Below, in pieces: positions 17,611 through 27,335 of a DNA stretch of 33,058 nucleotides (its first letter is position 1; every line of letters starts with the position of its first letter). Below the pieces are notes generated by a model. That model was not told the DNA's origin. It saw only the letters and a program-made list of their open reading frames with translations, and did no database searches. The DNA is taken from positions 1-33,058 of the forward strand of contig JBATLU010000185.1 of the NCBI GenBank assembly GCA_049289475.1, given 5' to 3'. The translations under genes and the position numbers were made by a program. The DNA is from Pontixanthobacter sp. (GTDB lineage Bacteria > Pseudomonadota > Alphaproteobacteria > Sphingomonadales > Sphingomonadaceae).

Positions 17611-20214
17611 TCATTTTGTCGCCATCGCATCATTGCGCAATTGATATAGAAGTTCGAGCGCATCGCGCGGTGACAACGCATCAACATCCACTTCCATAAG
17701 ACGGACAGCAATGCTGGCGTCGGGCAGCTCTTCCTGCTCAAACGCCGCTGCGAATAACGGCAACTCGCCAAGTCCGGCCGCGAGCCCACCTGTTTCCGCG
17801 CGCCCTTTTTCAAGCTTGTCCAACACCGATTTGGCGCGTGCAACCACGGGCTTCGGGATACCGGCGAGGCGCGCCACAGCCAGTCCATAGGATTTATCTG
17901 CAGGTCCGCTTGCCAATTCGTGGAGCAGGACCAGCTCGCCCTTCCATTCGCGCGCGCGGACATGGTGGAGCGAGAGCGCGTCACAGCTGTCCGCGAGCCG
18001 AGCCAGCTCGTGATAATGCGTTGCAAAAAGGCAGCGGCAATGATTGGTTTCATGAACCGCTTCGACCACTGCCCATGCGAGCGCCAACCCGTCATAGGTT
18101 GACGTCCCGCGGCCAACCTCATCCAGAATGACGAAACTCCGCTCGGTCGCCTGGCTGAGGATGGCTGCGGTTTCGACCATTTCAACCATAAAAGTCGACC
18201 GTCCACGGGCGAGATTATCCGACGCGCCCACACGGCTGAAGAGCCGGTCGACCAGCCCGATCTGTGCCGCGGTCGCTGGAACATAGCCGCCCGCCTGCGC
18301 AAGCAGCACAATCAGCGCATTTTGCCGCAGAAAGGTAGATTTGCCGCCCATATTGGGACCGCCGATTAGCCAAAGCCGGTCTAGCGGGTTCAAAATGCAA
18401 TCATTGGCGACAAACCGGTCACCCGAATTGGCCAGCGCAGCTTCGACAACTGGATGGCGCCCGCCTTCAATATCGAGGCGAATGTCTTCACAAATTTCAG
18501 GGCGGCACCAATCGCCTTCTGCGGCGCGCTCCGCCTGACCTGCGCTGACATCTAGCCGAGCGAGGGCCTCTGCAGTGATCGCAATTTTCTGGCGCTCGGC
18601 CACGACCGCACTGGTCAGATCTTCAAAATGTGCCTCTTCGGCGGCGAGCGCATGGCCGCCGGCTTCGCTGATGCGGTTGGCTTCTTCGTGCAGGAATAGT
18701 GAATTAAAGCGCACCGCGCCGGCCATCGTTTGGCGGTGGGTAAAGCCGCTGTCAGGGGCCATCAGCGCATCGGCATATTTCGCTGGGACTTCGATGAAAT
18801 AGCCCAGTACGCCATTGTGTTTGATCTTGAGCGGGGAAATCCCGGTGTCATCGCGGTATCGTGTTTCGAGTGCGGCGATGGCGCGCCGTGCATTGCCCGA
18901 TACATTGCGCAGCTCGTCGAGCGCGGCGTCATATCCTTCGGCAATATAGCCGCCATTCGAGCGTTCGGTCGGCGGTGCAGCGACAAGCGCTCGCTGCATC
19001 ACATCAACCAAAGCGCCATGGCCGCCCATTTGGGGCAGCAGCGTTTCCAGCAGCGGGGGGCGACCCGATTTTTGTCCGAGGAAATCGCGGATGCGCCGTG
19101 CCTCTGCCAGACCATCACGAATCTGCCCGAGATCGCGCGGGCTGCCTCTGCCTGCAACGACGCGCCCGAGCGCGCGGCCAATATCGGGAAGGGCGCGCAA
19201 GACTTCGCGCAAATCGGCGCGCAGTAGTGGGTCGCGGTGGAAATAGTCCACCAGTGCCAGCCGCTGCGAAATCGCGGCCAAATCACAGAGCGGCGAGGAA
19301 AGATCGTCCGCCAATTGCCGCGCTCCCGCGCCGGTTACACAGCGGTCAACCGCCGCAATCAGGCTGCCTTGCCGCGAACCCTGCTGCGACGTGAGAATTT
19401 CGAGACTAGCCCGCGTCGCCTCATCCATGGCCAGCCGCGCATCGCCGGAGCGCATTTGCGGGGGCAGCAGTAAGGGCAGATTGCCGCGTCCAACATGGTC
19501 GAGATAGGCCACCAACCCGCCAGCAGCCGCCAGCATCGGCCGGCTGAAATCGCCGAATCCGTCGAGCGTTTTGACCTCGTGCAGTGACTTGAGCCTGCGC
19601 TCTCCATCATCGCTGGAAAAGTCGCCACGAGGCCGCGCGATGGCATTTTCAGGCGGCATATCCCAATCGTCGGGCGCGACCACTTCGGAAGCGCCAATTC
19701 TTGCAAGAGCGGCATTTATTCTATCGGGCGCGCATTCTTCGAGCACCATCTGTCCGGTCGAAATATCACAACTTGCCAAGCCGAACGTCCCGCGCAATTC
19801 GCAAATTGCAGCCAGCATATTGGCACGGCGCGGTTCGAGCAGCGCTTCTTCGGTCAAAGTGCCCGCGGTGACGAAGCGGACAATGTCCCGCCGGACCAGT
19901 GCCTTGTACCCGCCGCGTTTCTTGGCTTCTTCGGGGGTTTCGACCTGTTCGGCAATCGCGACCCGGCAACCGGCCTTGATCAGCCGTGCCAGATAGCCTT
20001 CTGCTGCATGGACCGGTACGCCGCACATCGGAACAGGCTCGCCGCTATCCTTGCCGCGCGCAGTGAGGGCAATATCGAGAATTGCCGCTGCCTGTTTCGC
20101 ATCATCAAAGAACAATTCGAAGAAATCACCCATCCGGTAGAACAGCAGGCACCCTTCGGCTTGCGCCTTTAGCGCATGATATTGTTCCATCATCGGGGTG
20201 GGTTGCCCTACCAT
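17611..20214 (-). CDS. mutS: DNA mismatch repair protein MutS
   Basis: TPMMEQY, GDFFELF, GPNMGGKSTFLRQ, STFMVEM, DEVGRGTST, FATHYHEL, SYGLAVA. Confidence 0.97.
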   Translation of the reverse strand: MVGQPTPMMEQYHALKAQAEGCLLFYRMGDFFELFFDDAKQAAAILDIALTARGKDSGEPVPMCGVPVHAAEGYLARLIKAGCRVAIAEQVETPEEAKKRGGYKALVRRDIVRFVTAGTLTEEALLEPRRANMLAAICELRGTFGLASCDISTGQMVLEECAPDRINAALARIGASEVVAPDDWDMPPENAIARPRGDFSSDDGERRLKSLHEVKTLDGFGDFSRPMLAAAGGLVAYLDHVGRGNLPLLLPPQMRSGDARLAMDEATRASLEILTSQQGSRQGSLIAAVDRCVTGAGARQLADDLSSPLCDLAAISQRLALVDYFHRDPLLRADLREVLRALPDIGRALGRVVAGRGSPRDLGQIRDGLAEARRIRDFLGQKSGRPPLLETLLPQMGGHGALVDVMQRALVAAPPTERSNGGYIAEGYDAALDELRNVSGNARRAIAALETRYRDDTGISPLKIKHNGVLGYFIEVPAKYADALMAPDSGFTHRQTMAGAVRFNSLFLHEEANRISEAGGHALAAEEAHFEDLTSAVVAERQKIAITAEALARLDVSAGQAERAAEGDWCRPEICEDIRLDIEGGRHPVVEAALANSGDRFVANDCILNPLDRLWLIGGPNMGGKSTFLRQNALIVLLAQAGGYVPATAAQIGLVDRLFSRVGASDNLARGRSTFMVEMVETAAILSQATERSFVILDEVGRGTSTYDGLALAWAVVEAVHETNHCRCLFATHYHELARLADSCDALSLHHVRAREWKGELVLLHELASGPADKSYGLAVARLAGIPKPVVARAKSVLDKLEKGRAETGGLAAGLGELPLFAAAFEQEELPDASIAVRLMEVDVDALSPRDALELLYQLRNDAMATK

Positions 20215-20373
20215 GCGCGCGGATTAGCGCTCCTGCCCTCGATTCGGGAAGGGCTTTGCCGGCCTATTCCCCGACCGCCTCGCCTTGACCACCTCGCTCG
20301 ATGTCGTCTTTTCCCTATCGCTAGACCCAGCCGTGGGTTAAATGCCAAGGCGCAAAGCAATCAGGGGCATAAT

Positions 20374-22635
20374 GTGGCAGACGACAAGCAAGACGATTTC
20401 ACAACGCGCGAGGCGCTGTTCTATCACGAGACAATCCGGCCGGGCAAAATCGAAATCATTGCCTCCAAGCCGATGGCGACCCAGCGCGATCTGTCGCTTG
20501 CCTATTCTCCCGGTGTTGCCGCGCCGGTTAAGGCGATTGCGGAAAATCCTGCCAATGCAGCTCGTTATACCGCGCGTTCCAACCTCGTAGCGGTCATTTC
20601 CAACGGTACTGCAATCCTCGGCCTTGGCAATCTCGGCGCGCTGGCATCCAAGCCGGTGATGGAGGGTAAGGCGGTGCTGTTCAAACGCTTCGCCGATGTC
20701 GACGCGATCGATATTGAGCTCGATACCGAGGATCCGGACAAGTTCATCGAAGCGGTTGCGCTGATGGAGCCGACCTTTGGCGGGATCAATCTGGAAGATA
20801 TCAAAGCGCCTGAATGTTTTATTATCGAGCAAGCCCTGCGCGACCAGATGAATATTCCGATCATGCATGATGACCAGCATGGCACCGCGATTATTTCCGC
20901 CGCTGGCTTGATTAACGCCTGTTTCTTGACCGGCCGCAATTTGAAAGACGTCAAGATTGTCGTCAACGGCGCTGGCGCTGCCGCGCTTGCCTGTACCGCT
21001 TTGATTAAATCCATCGGTGTGCCGCATGGCAATGTCATCGTCTGCGACCGTAGCGGGCCGATCTATCCTGGTCGCGACAATGTCGACCAATGGAAGAGCG
21101 CGCATGCCGTTCCGACCGAGGCCAGGACGCTCGAAGATGCGCTCGATGGTGCGGATATTTTCCTCGGCCTGTCGGCGGCGGGTGCGCTCAAGCCCGAATG
21201 GGTCAAGAAGATGGCTGACAAGCCGATCATCTTCGCGATGGCCAACCCCGACCCAGAAATTACCCCTGACGATGCCAAAGCCGTCCGACCCGATGCGATT
21301 ATCGCTACCGGACGTTCGGACTATCCCAACCAGGTCAACAATGTCCTCGGCTTCCCGTTCATTTTCCGCGGCGCGCTCGATGTGCAAGCCACCGCGATTA
21401 ATGAAGAAATGAAGGTCGCTGCCGCGCATGCCATCGCCGCTTTGGCGCGTGAGCGGGTGCCCGATGAAGTGGCTGCGGCTTACGGCAAGAACCACAAATT
21501 CGGCACCGATTATATTATTCCCGCACCATTTGATCCACGCCTGATGGAAGTTGTCTCCTCGGCGGTGGCCAAGGCGGCAATGGACTCGGGCGTGGCGACG
21601 GTGCCGATTACCGATTTTGAAGCCTATGCGCTGTCATTGAAGGCGCGGCTCAACCCGACCACTTCGGTGCTGACCAACGCTTACGAGATTGCGCGTGCCA
21701 ATCCCAAGCGGGTGGTGTTTGCCGAGGCGGAGGAGGATGTGGTGCTGCGCGCCGCGATCCAGTTCCGCGATTTCGGCTATGGCACGCCGGTGCTGGTTGG
21801 CCGGACGAAGGCGGTTGCGGACAAATTGCATATGCTGGGCGTCGACAATCCGGGCGATTTCGAAATCCAGAATTCTGCTGATTGCGAATATGTACCGGCG
21901 ATGGTCGAGTATCTTTACAAACGACTGCAACGCAAAGGCTTTACCGAGCGTGATGTGCGGCGGATGGTCAATCAGGAACGCAATGTATTTTCGGCGCTGC
22001 TGGTCGCACTCGGCCATGGTGATGCGATGATATCGGGCCTGACGCGGACATTCTCGCAGACGGTTCGTGAAGTGAATCTGGTGCTCGATGCCAAGCAAGG
22101 CGCATTGCCTTTCGGCGTGCATATGATGATCGGCAAGAACCACACCACCTTCATGGCCGATACCACCATTAACGAGCGCCCTAGCGCAGAAGAACTGGCG
22201 CATATTGCCCGCGAAACCGCCGAAGTCGCGCGCCGGATGGGCCATGAACCGCGTGTTGCGTTCTTGTCCTATTCCACCTTCGGCAATCCCAGCGGCAAAT
22301 GGCTCGACAATATTCGCGGCGCGGTGGCGATCCTTGATAAGGAAGACCCCGGCTTCGAATATGAAGGCGAAATCGCCCCCGATGCCGCGCTCAATCCTAA
22401 GGTAATGGCGCTCTATCCGTTCAGCCGCCTGTCGGCTCCGGCCAATGTGCTGGTGATGCCCGGTCTGCAATCGGCCAATCTCTCGGCCAAATTGCTCCGC
22501 GAGCTGGGCGGCGATGCCACCATCGGCCCGATGCTGATCGGGATGGAGAAACCGGTCCAGATTCTGCCGATGACGGCGATTGCACCCGATGTGCTGACGC
22601 TAGCGGTGCTGGCGGCTGCGGGGGTTGTGGGATAA
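20374..22635 (+). CDS. maeB: NADP-dependent malic enzyme with C-terminal PTA-like domain
   Basis: [41 protein letters not shown], followed by a PTA-like domain. GTG start at 20374 after AGGGG. Confidence 0.93.
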   Translation: MADDKQDDFTTREALFYHETIRPGKIEIIASKPMATQRDLSLAYSPGVAAPVKAIAENPANAARYTARSNLVAVISNGTAILGLGNLGALASKPVMEGKAVLFKRFADVDAIDIELDTEDPDKFIEAVALMEPTFGGINLEDIKAPECFIIEQALRDQMNIPIMHDDQHGTAIISAAGLINACFLTGRNLKDVKIVVNGAGAAALACTALIKSIGVPHGNVIVCDRSGPIYPGRDNVDQWKSAHAVPTEARTLEDALDGADIFLGLSAAGALKPEWVKKMADKPIIFAMANPDPEITPDDAKAVRPDAIIATGRSDYPNQVNNVLGFPFIFRGALDVQATAINEEMKVAAAHAIAALARERVPDEVAAAYGKNHKFGTDYIIPAPFDPRLMEVVSSAVAKAAMDSGVATVPITDFEAYALSLKARLNPTTSVLTNAYEIARANPKRVVFAEAEEDVVLRAAIQFRDFGYGTPVLVGRTKAVADKLHMLGVDNPGDFEIQNSADCEYVPAMVEYLYKRLQRKGFTERDVRRMVNQERNVFSALLVALGHGDAMISGLTRTFSQTVREVNLVLDAKQGALPFGVHMMIGKNHTTFMADTTINERPSAEELAHIARETAEVARRMGHEPRVAFLSYSTFGNPSGKWLDNIRGAVAILDKEDPGFEYEGEIAPDAALNPKVMALYPFSRLSAPANVLVMPGLQSANLSAKLLRELGGDATIGPMLIGMEKPVQILPMTAIAPDVLTLAVLAAAGVVG

Positions 22636-22642
22636 TACCACA

Positions 22643-22672
22643 CGGTTGACACAGGCGACACTGTGTCAACCG
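22643..22672. other. Perfect 12-bp hairpin just after maeB, start of a non-coding element
   Basis: CGGTTGACACAG-GCGACA-CTGTGTCAACCG with no U-tract. GTTGACAC recurs at 22726-22733. Confidence 0.6.
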
Positions 22673-22823
22673 CGTCAATCCGTGGTTTTACTCTAAAAAT
22701 CAGATGTTTGCGGCGATGCAGGCAAGTTGACACTTATCCAAATTGCTGCGCGCGTGTGATCCATGATGTGAAAGAGCAAGCGCAAAGATAGCGAGCGGCG
22801 ATGCTGTAGGAAAATTGCTTTCG

Positions 22824-22855
22824 AAGGGCGGTTTTTGGGGGGGGAAGCTGCCCTT
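22824..22855 (+). repeat. Quasi-palindromic repeat, copy 4
   Basis: AAGGGCGGTTTTTGGGGGGGGAAGCTGCCCTT, abutting the stop codon of the Imm10-like gene. Confidence 0.55.
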
Positions 22856-23268
22856 TACGGACCCTTCACTCGATGTGCTGGTTCGCATTCGTTTTTGCGA
22901 GCTTGAGGTCGCGTTGCGTTCGCATGATTGCACTGGCTCACCGCTTCGTCGATCGATTCTTTCGTCATCATGTCAGTATCAACAATTGCCTCAATGAGAC
23001 ATGTACCGTCCGTTGCTATGATTGAAACGGTCTGGCCATCGTAAGCGATTTGTCGCACCTTTCCATATCCATCATGCGCGCCGCGACTTGTTTCAATGTA
23101 CAGACCAGTAAGTCCGAGGCTGCGATCTTGTTCTCCCTCATCCCCGAACTGGATAAGCGCGTAGACCTCGGGTTGTTCTTCTCCGGGACATCCAGGCTTG
23201 TCGCCGAGAGCGAAGACGAATGCCCCATCAATCTCTTGGAAGGAAATGTGCTTGGCAATGAATTTCAT
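22855..23268 (-). CDS. Hypothetical protein resembling the Imm10 immunity family
   Basis: MKFIAKHISF...FVFALGD...YALIQ...EQDRSLGLTGLYIE...GYGKVRQI matches the Imm10 pattern as I recall it. GGGGA RBS before ATG 23268. Confidence 0.55.
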   Translation of the reverse strand: MKFIAKHISFQEIDGAFVFALGDKPGCPGEEQPEVYALIQFGDEGEQDRSLGLTGLYIETSRGAHDGYGKVRQIAYDGQTVSIIATDGTCLIEAIVDTDMMTKESIDEAVSQCNHANATRPQARKNECEPAHRVKGP

Positions 23269-23291
23269 TGTATATCCCCACTCACCGCAAT

Positions 23292-23801
23292 TCAATCTAA
23301 CGGGAATTGCGCCTGTAATTCGGCGATCCTCGGACCGTGCGATTCCCATGGCCTAATCTCGAATGTCTGCCGGATCGCTGCGAGCGCACGAACCTTATCG
23401 GCCGAAGGAGGTTCTTCATCGGAATCGTGATCAAGCCATGCAAACGTTTCGTCGGGTTTGTAGAGCAGCTGCTCAGGCTCGAAATAACCGTGCCGAAGGC
23501 CTAGTCCAAGGAATTCGCGCAGATCAGCGCCGACGATCAGGTTCTCATCTCCGAAGTTCATCGGGACAGTCATCACCACAGGCCAGAACGTCGTCGCGGT
23601 ATCTTCAAGTGCGAGGAAACTGAAATGAACGCCATCCCCTCCCGTCGTCGCAAAGGATAGAGAGTTGTGCGGAGCTTGTGAGTAACCGCAATGACGCAAC
23701 GAGGGCATTGGCAGAAGGCCAATTTCCTCCCGTCCATCATCACCCATGTCTTGCAACAACACATTCAAGCGTTCGAGGTCCGGATGAGTCGCGTTGTCCA
23801 T
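23292..23801 (-). CDS. Hypothetical protein, SUKH/SMI1-KNR4-like immunity candidate
   Basis: FATTGGDGVHFSFL...PVVMTVP...NLIVGADLREFL resembles the SUKH C-terminal core. The ORF is clear; the family call is tentative. Confidence 0.55.
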   Translation of the reverse strand: MDNATHPDLERLNVLLQDMGDDGREEIGLLPMPSLRHCGYSQAPHNSLSFATTGGDGVHFSFLALEDTATTFWPVVMTVPMNFGDENLIVGADLREFLGLGLRHGYFEPEQLLYKPDETFAWLDHDSDEEPPSADKVRALAAIRQTFEIRPWESHGPRIAELQAQFPLD

Positions 23802-23846
23802 CGGAAAGACCTAACTTCAAACGCATGGGCTCGCAACTGACTGCGG

Positions 23847-23874
23847 AACGTTTGAAAGTGGGTCGAAATCCGCC
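23847..23874 (+). repeat. Degenerate repeat, copy 5
   Basis: AACGTTTGAAAGTGGGTCGAAATCCGCC, 6 nt from the trmB stop. A further weak copy may lie at ~23814-23841 (...ATGGGCTCGCAACTGAC). Confidence 0.45.
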
Positions 23875-23880
23875 GCCCCC

Positions 23881-24582
23881 TCACCGCCGCCGGTACCGGA
23901 AATACCAGACCTCATGCTCAAACACGTCGCGCGCTTTGCGTTCGTAGCGGGTTTCGCTCCAGCCGCTCGGGCGGTTTTGCCAGTCGTGCGGTCCATCGGC
24001 GAGCCATTCGAATGCGTTTGAGTGCCGCCGCATTACCATCAGAGCGTGGCGCAGATAGATGTCGTGATCGGTGCCGAAGCGGAACTCGCCGCCGGGTTTA
24101 AGCTTGGCGGCGAGCATTTCGACCGGCCCGTCATTGATCATCCGCCGCTTGGCGTGGCGTGCCTTAGGCCAGGGGTCGGGGTGGAGGAGATAGGCGAAGC
24201 TGAGCGAGCGATCGGGTATGCGCGCGAGCACCTCCAGCGCATCGCCGTGATGCAGGCGGATATTGGGCAGCGTGCGTTCCTTCACATGGCCCAATGCAGC
24301 CGCCACGCCGTTGAGGAACGGTTCGGCCCCAATAAAGCCGTGATCGGGCAGCATATCGGCGCGGTCGGCCATATGTTCGCCCGAACCGAAACCGATTTCA
24401 AAATGCACCGGGCGGTCACTGCCGAACAATCGTTCGGCCGTCACCGCGCCTTCATCCGGCACCGCAATCTGCGGCAGGAAATCATCGACCAGCCCTTGCT
24501 GGAAGGCGCGCAAAGGCTTGCCGATGGAACGGCCATAGAGACGGTTGAGCGTGGTTGGATCGCCGGGTTTGTGCGCTGTCAT
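23881..24582 (-). CDS. trmB: tRNA (guanine-N7)-methyltransferase
   Basis: FEIGFGSGEH, GAEPF, HPDPWPKARHAKRR, GTDH, TRYERKA. Start at ATG 24582 (MTAHK). Confidence 0.93.
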   Translation of the reverse strand: MTAHKPGDPTTLNRLYGRSIGKPLRAFQQGLVDDFLPQIAVPDEGAVTAERLFGSDRPVHFEIGFGSGEHMADRADMLPDHGFIGAEPFLNGVAAALGHVKERTLPNIRLHHGDALEVLARIPDRSLSFAYLLHPDPWPKARHAKRRMINDGPVEMLAAKLKPGGEFRFGTDHDIYLRHALMVMRRHSNAFEWLADGPHDWQNRPSGWSETRYERKARDVFEHEVWYFRYRRR

Positions 24583-24633
24583 GGATGGTGCGATAGAGAG
24601 AGTTTGTTTGGGTCTCAAGCTTGAGAATTGGTT

Positions 24634-24730
24634 GGTCAATGCGAAGAGGCTCCAATTCTTTTGGGAACGACGCGGCGATCCAGAGCTAGCGCTCGCCAAA
24701 TTGGATTGCCGCGCTTCGCTCTCAACGACG
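24634..24730. repeat. Degenerate alphaproteobacterial CGTC-type palindromic (REP-like) element
   Basis: Outer arms GTCAATGCGA / TCTCAACGACG. Inner inverted repeat CGCGGCGATCCAG (24671-24683) / TTGGATTGCCGCG (24701-24713). Confidence 0.6.
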
Positions 24731-24869
24731 AGATAGAGGCCATTCCGACAAGAACCTTGGTCGCGGTAGTCAAAGGGCCAAGCGGCCCGCCCACAACGAC
24801 GCGATATTTGATCTCGTGAGCGAGGATAGCCAAGCCGGCGGATGTCGGCGCCCGGCGCTTGAGGCTAAG

Positions 24870-24910
24870 CAAATAAACGAAAGCGCCCGGAGTGTTTCCA
24901 CCCCGGGCGC
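24870..24910 (-). terminator. Intrinsic terminator of ctrA
   Basis: Minus strand reads GCGCCCGGGGTG-GAAA-CACTCCGGGCGC followed by TTTCGTTTATTT. Confidence 0.75.
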
Positions 24911-24949
24911 CCTCGCTGTAATTAGGAGACTACAAGTCGAAAAAAAGAA

Positions 24950-25645
24950 TTACGCGGCTTCGGCTGCGCTTTCCGGATCGCGGAGAACGTAACCACGGCC
25001 CCAAACGGTTTCGATATAATTTTCGCCGTCGCATGCATGGCTGAGCTTCTTGCGCAGCTTGCAGATGAACACGTCGATGATCTTGAGTTCGGGTTCGTCC
25101 ATTCCGCCATAGAGGTGGTTGAGGAACATTTCCTTGGTCAGCGTAGTGCCTTTGCGCAACGACAGTAGCTCGAGCATGGCATATTCCTTGCCAGTCAGAT
25201 GGACGCGGGCGCCATCGACTTCGACAGTCTTCGCATCAAGGTTGACCGCCAGCTTGCCGGTGCGGATGATCGATTGGCTGTGGCCTTTCGAACGGCGCAC
25301 CACGGCATGGATGCGGGCAACCAGTTCTTCGCGGTGGAACGGCTTGGTCACATAATCGTCAGCACCGAAGCCGAAGCTGCGGATCTTGCTGTCCATTTCT
25401 GCGATACCCGAAAGGATCAGCACCGGCGTTTGCACCTTGGCAACGCGGAGTTTCTTGAGCACATCATATCCGTGCATGTCGGGCAGATTGAGGTCGAGCA
25501 GGATGATGTCGTAATCATACAGCTTGCCCAGATCCAATCCTTCCTCGCCCAGATCGGTCGAGTAAACATTGAACCCTTCTGTCGTGAGCATGAGCTCGAT
25601 AGCTTTTGCCGTTGTAGGCTCGTCTTCAATCAACAGTACACGCAT
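24950..25645 (-). CDS. ctrA: Cell-cycle master response regulator CtrA
   Basis: MRVLLIEDE...[27 protein letters not shown]...HLTGKEY...[31 protein letters not shown]...[12 protein letters not shown]. Confidence 0.97.
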   Translation of the reverse strand: MRVLLIEDEPTTAKAIELMLTTEGFNVYSTDLGEEGLDLGKLYDYDIILLDLNLPDMHGYDVLKKLRVAKVQTPVLILSGIAEMDSKIRSFGFGADDYVTKPFHREELVARIHAVVRRSKGHSQSIIRTGKLAVNLDAKTVEVDGARVHLTGKEYAMLELLSLRKGTTLTKEMFLNHLYGGMDEPELKIIDVFICKLRKKLSHACDGENYIETVWGRGYVLRDPESAAEAA

Positions 25646-25707
25646 GGGTGGTCCCCCTTTGCCCCAAATTCATCTGGTAACACTTCGCTAAGACGTGTTG
25701 CCTTGGA

Positions 25708-25752
25708 TTAACCACAAAACATCTGAACAAAAAAGGTTAATAAGTCGTAAAC
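25708..25752. promoter_or_regulatory. CtrA autoregulatory sites
   Basis: Half site TTAACC (25708-25713) and GGTTAA-TAAGTCG-TAAAC (25735-25752), upstream of ctrA. Confidence 0.6.
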
Positions 25753-25845
25753 TTGGGATTTCTGGCGAGTCGCGTAGGGCGAGCGGGCGTGCAATCTTCC
25801 GATTTAGATCGCGTGAAGCCTCGCTTTGCGACCACAAGTGCGAAT

Positions 25846-27309
25846 TTATCCGCCTGCTGCGAGCCGCTTTTGCCGTCGTCTTTGCACGCTGCTGCCGATG
25901 CCTACTGCCTCGCGATATTTGGCGACTGTGCGGCGGGCGACATCGAAGCCTTCGCCCTTTAATAGCTCGACCAATTTGTCGTCGGACAGGATTTTCTTCG
26001 GTTCCTCTGCGTCGCACAGAGCCTTGATCCGCGCCTTTACGCTTTCTGACGATGCGCCGCCTTCACCATCGGCACCGGCGCCAACGCCGCTCATGAAGAA
26101 ATATTTGAGTTCGAACGTCCCGCGGTCGCAATTGAGATATTTGTTGCTGGTGACGCGGCTGACAGTGCTTTCATGCATGTCGATCTTTTCCGCCACTTCT
26201 CGCAAGGTCAGTGGGCGCAGTTCGGATACGCCGTGCAGGAAGAAGCCTTCCTGTTGTTTGACGATTTCCGCTGCGGTTTTCAGGATCGTCTTCTGCCGCT
26301 GGTCGAGCGCCTTGATCAGCCAATTGGCGTCGGCCAGTTTTTCATTGAGCCAGCCGCGTGATTCCTTGTCGGTGCAGCCTTCTTTCAGCTCGATGAAATA
26401 CCCGCGATTGACCACCAGCCGGGGCAGGGTGGCTTCGTTCAACCGTATGTCCCACCCGTCAGATTTGCCGCGCGAGATCAAAATGTCGGGCACCACCGCG
26501 CTTTCGGGTGCGCTGCCATAGGCGAGACCGGGCTTGGGATCATATTGACGCAATTCGCTGAGCATATCGGCGAAATCTTCATCATCGACGTCGCACATGC
26601 GTTTTAACCGCGCGAATTCGCCTTTGGCGACCAGATCGAGATTGTCGATCAACCGCGCCATGCACGGATCGTAGCGGTCCGCCTCGCGTGCTTGCAGCGC
26701 AAGGCATTCGGCCAAAGTCCGTGCGCCCACGCCGGTCGGATCGAGCGACTGGACCACCTCAAGCGCGCTTTCGGCCAGCCCGGGATGGATATCAAGATCA
26801 AGCGCGACGGAGCGCAAATCGGTGCCGAGATATCCGGCCTCATCGAGCAGACCGATCAGATAGCGCGCGACAAATTCTTCATGCGCATTGCGCGATGCCG
26901 CACCGACCTGTTCTTCAAGGTAATCGGCGAGCGAGATTGTAGCGCAGCTGCGCTCCTCGATCCCTGGCAGATCTTCGCCCAGCGAACCGCCCGATTGTCC
27001 GGCTGCACCCCATTCACCGTCGCCCGTATCGCGGTCGACATCAAGCGCGCCTTTGTCGATGTCGAGCGCTGTGTCATCGCCGCCTTGTGTGTCTGCAGAC
27101 GGCTCTGACGCCATTTCGCTTGCAAGTTCGGGTGCGTCCTGGCTCTGGATTTCGCCGGCATCGAGCAGCGGATTGGATTCAAGCGCATCGCCGATGAACG
27201 CTTCTATTTCGAGGTTGGACAAGGCGAGCAGCTTGATCGCCTGCTGCAATTGCGGCGTCATTACCAGCGATTGCGACTGGCGCAGGTCTAAGCGGGGCCC
27301 AAGGGCCAT
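25846..27309 (-). CDS. rpoN: RNA polymerase sigma-54 factor
   Basis: QSQSLVMTPQLQQAIKLL, HESTVSRV and the RpoN box ARRTVAKYRE. Confidence 0.97.
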   Translation of the reverse strand: MALGPRLDLRQSQSLVMTPQLQQAIKLLALSNLEIEAFIGDALESNPLLDAGEIQSQDAPELASEMASEPSADTQGGDDTALDIDKGALDVDRDTGDGEWGAAGQSGGSLGEDLPGIEERSCATISLADYLEEQVGAASRNAHEEFVARYLIGLLDEAGYLGTDLRSVALDLDIHPGLAESALEVVQSLDPTGVGARTLAECLALQAREADRYDPCMARLIDNLDLVAKGEFARLKRMCDVDDEDFADMLSELRQYDPKPGLAYGSAPESAVVPDILISRGKSDGWDIRLNEATLPRLVVNRGYFIELKEGCTDKESRGWLNEKLADANWLIKALDQRQKTILKTAAEIVKQQEGFFLHGVSELRPLTLREVAEKIDMHESTVSRVTSNKYLNCDRGTFELKYFFMSGVGAGADGEGGASSESVKARIKALCDAEEPKKILSDDKLVELLKGEGFDVARRTVAKYREAVGIGSSVQRRRQKRLAAGG

Positions 27310-27335
27310 AAATCAATGTCCCGCCGGATGTCTCA

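Noticed and set aside
20338..22470. Long minus-strand ORFs (385 and 278 aa) opposite maeB
   Set aside because: Typical antisense open frames in high-GC genes.
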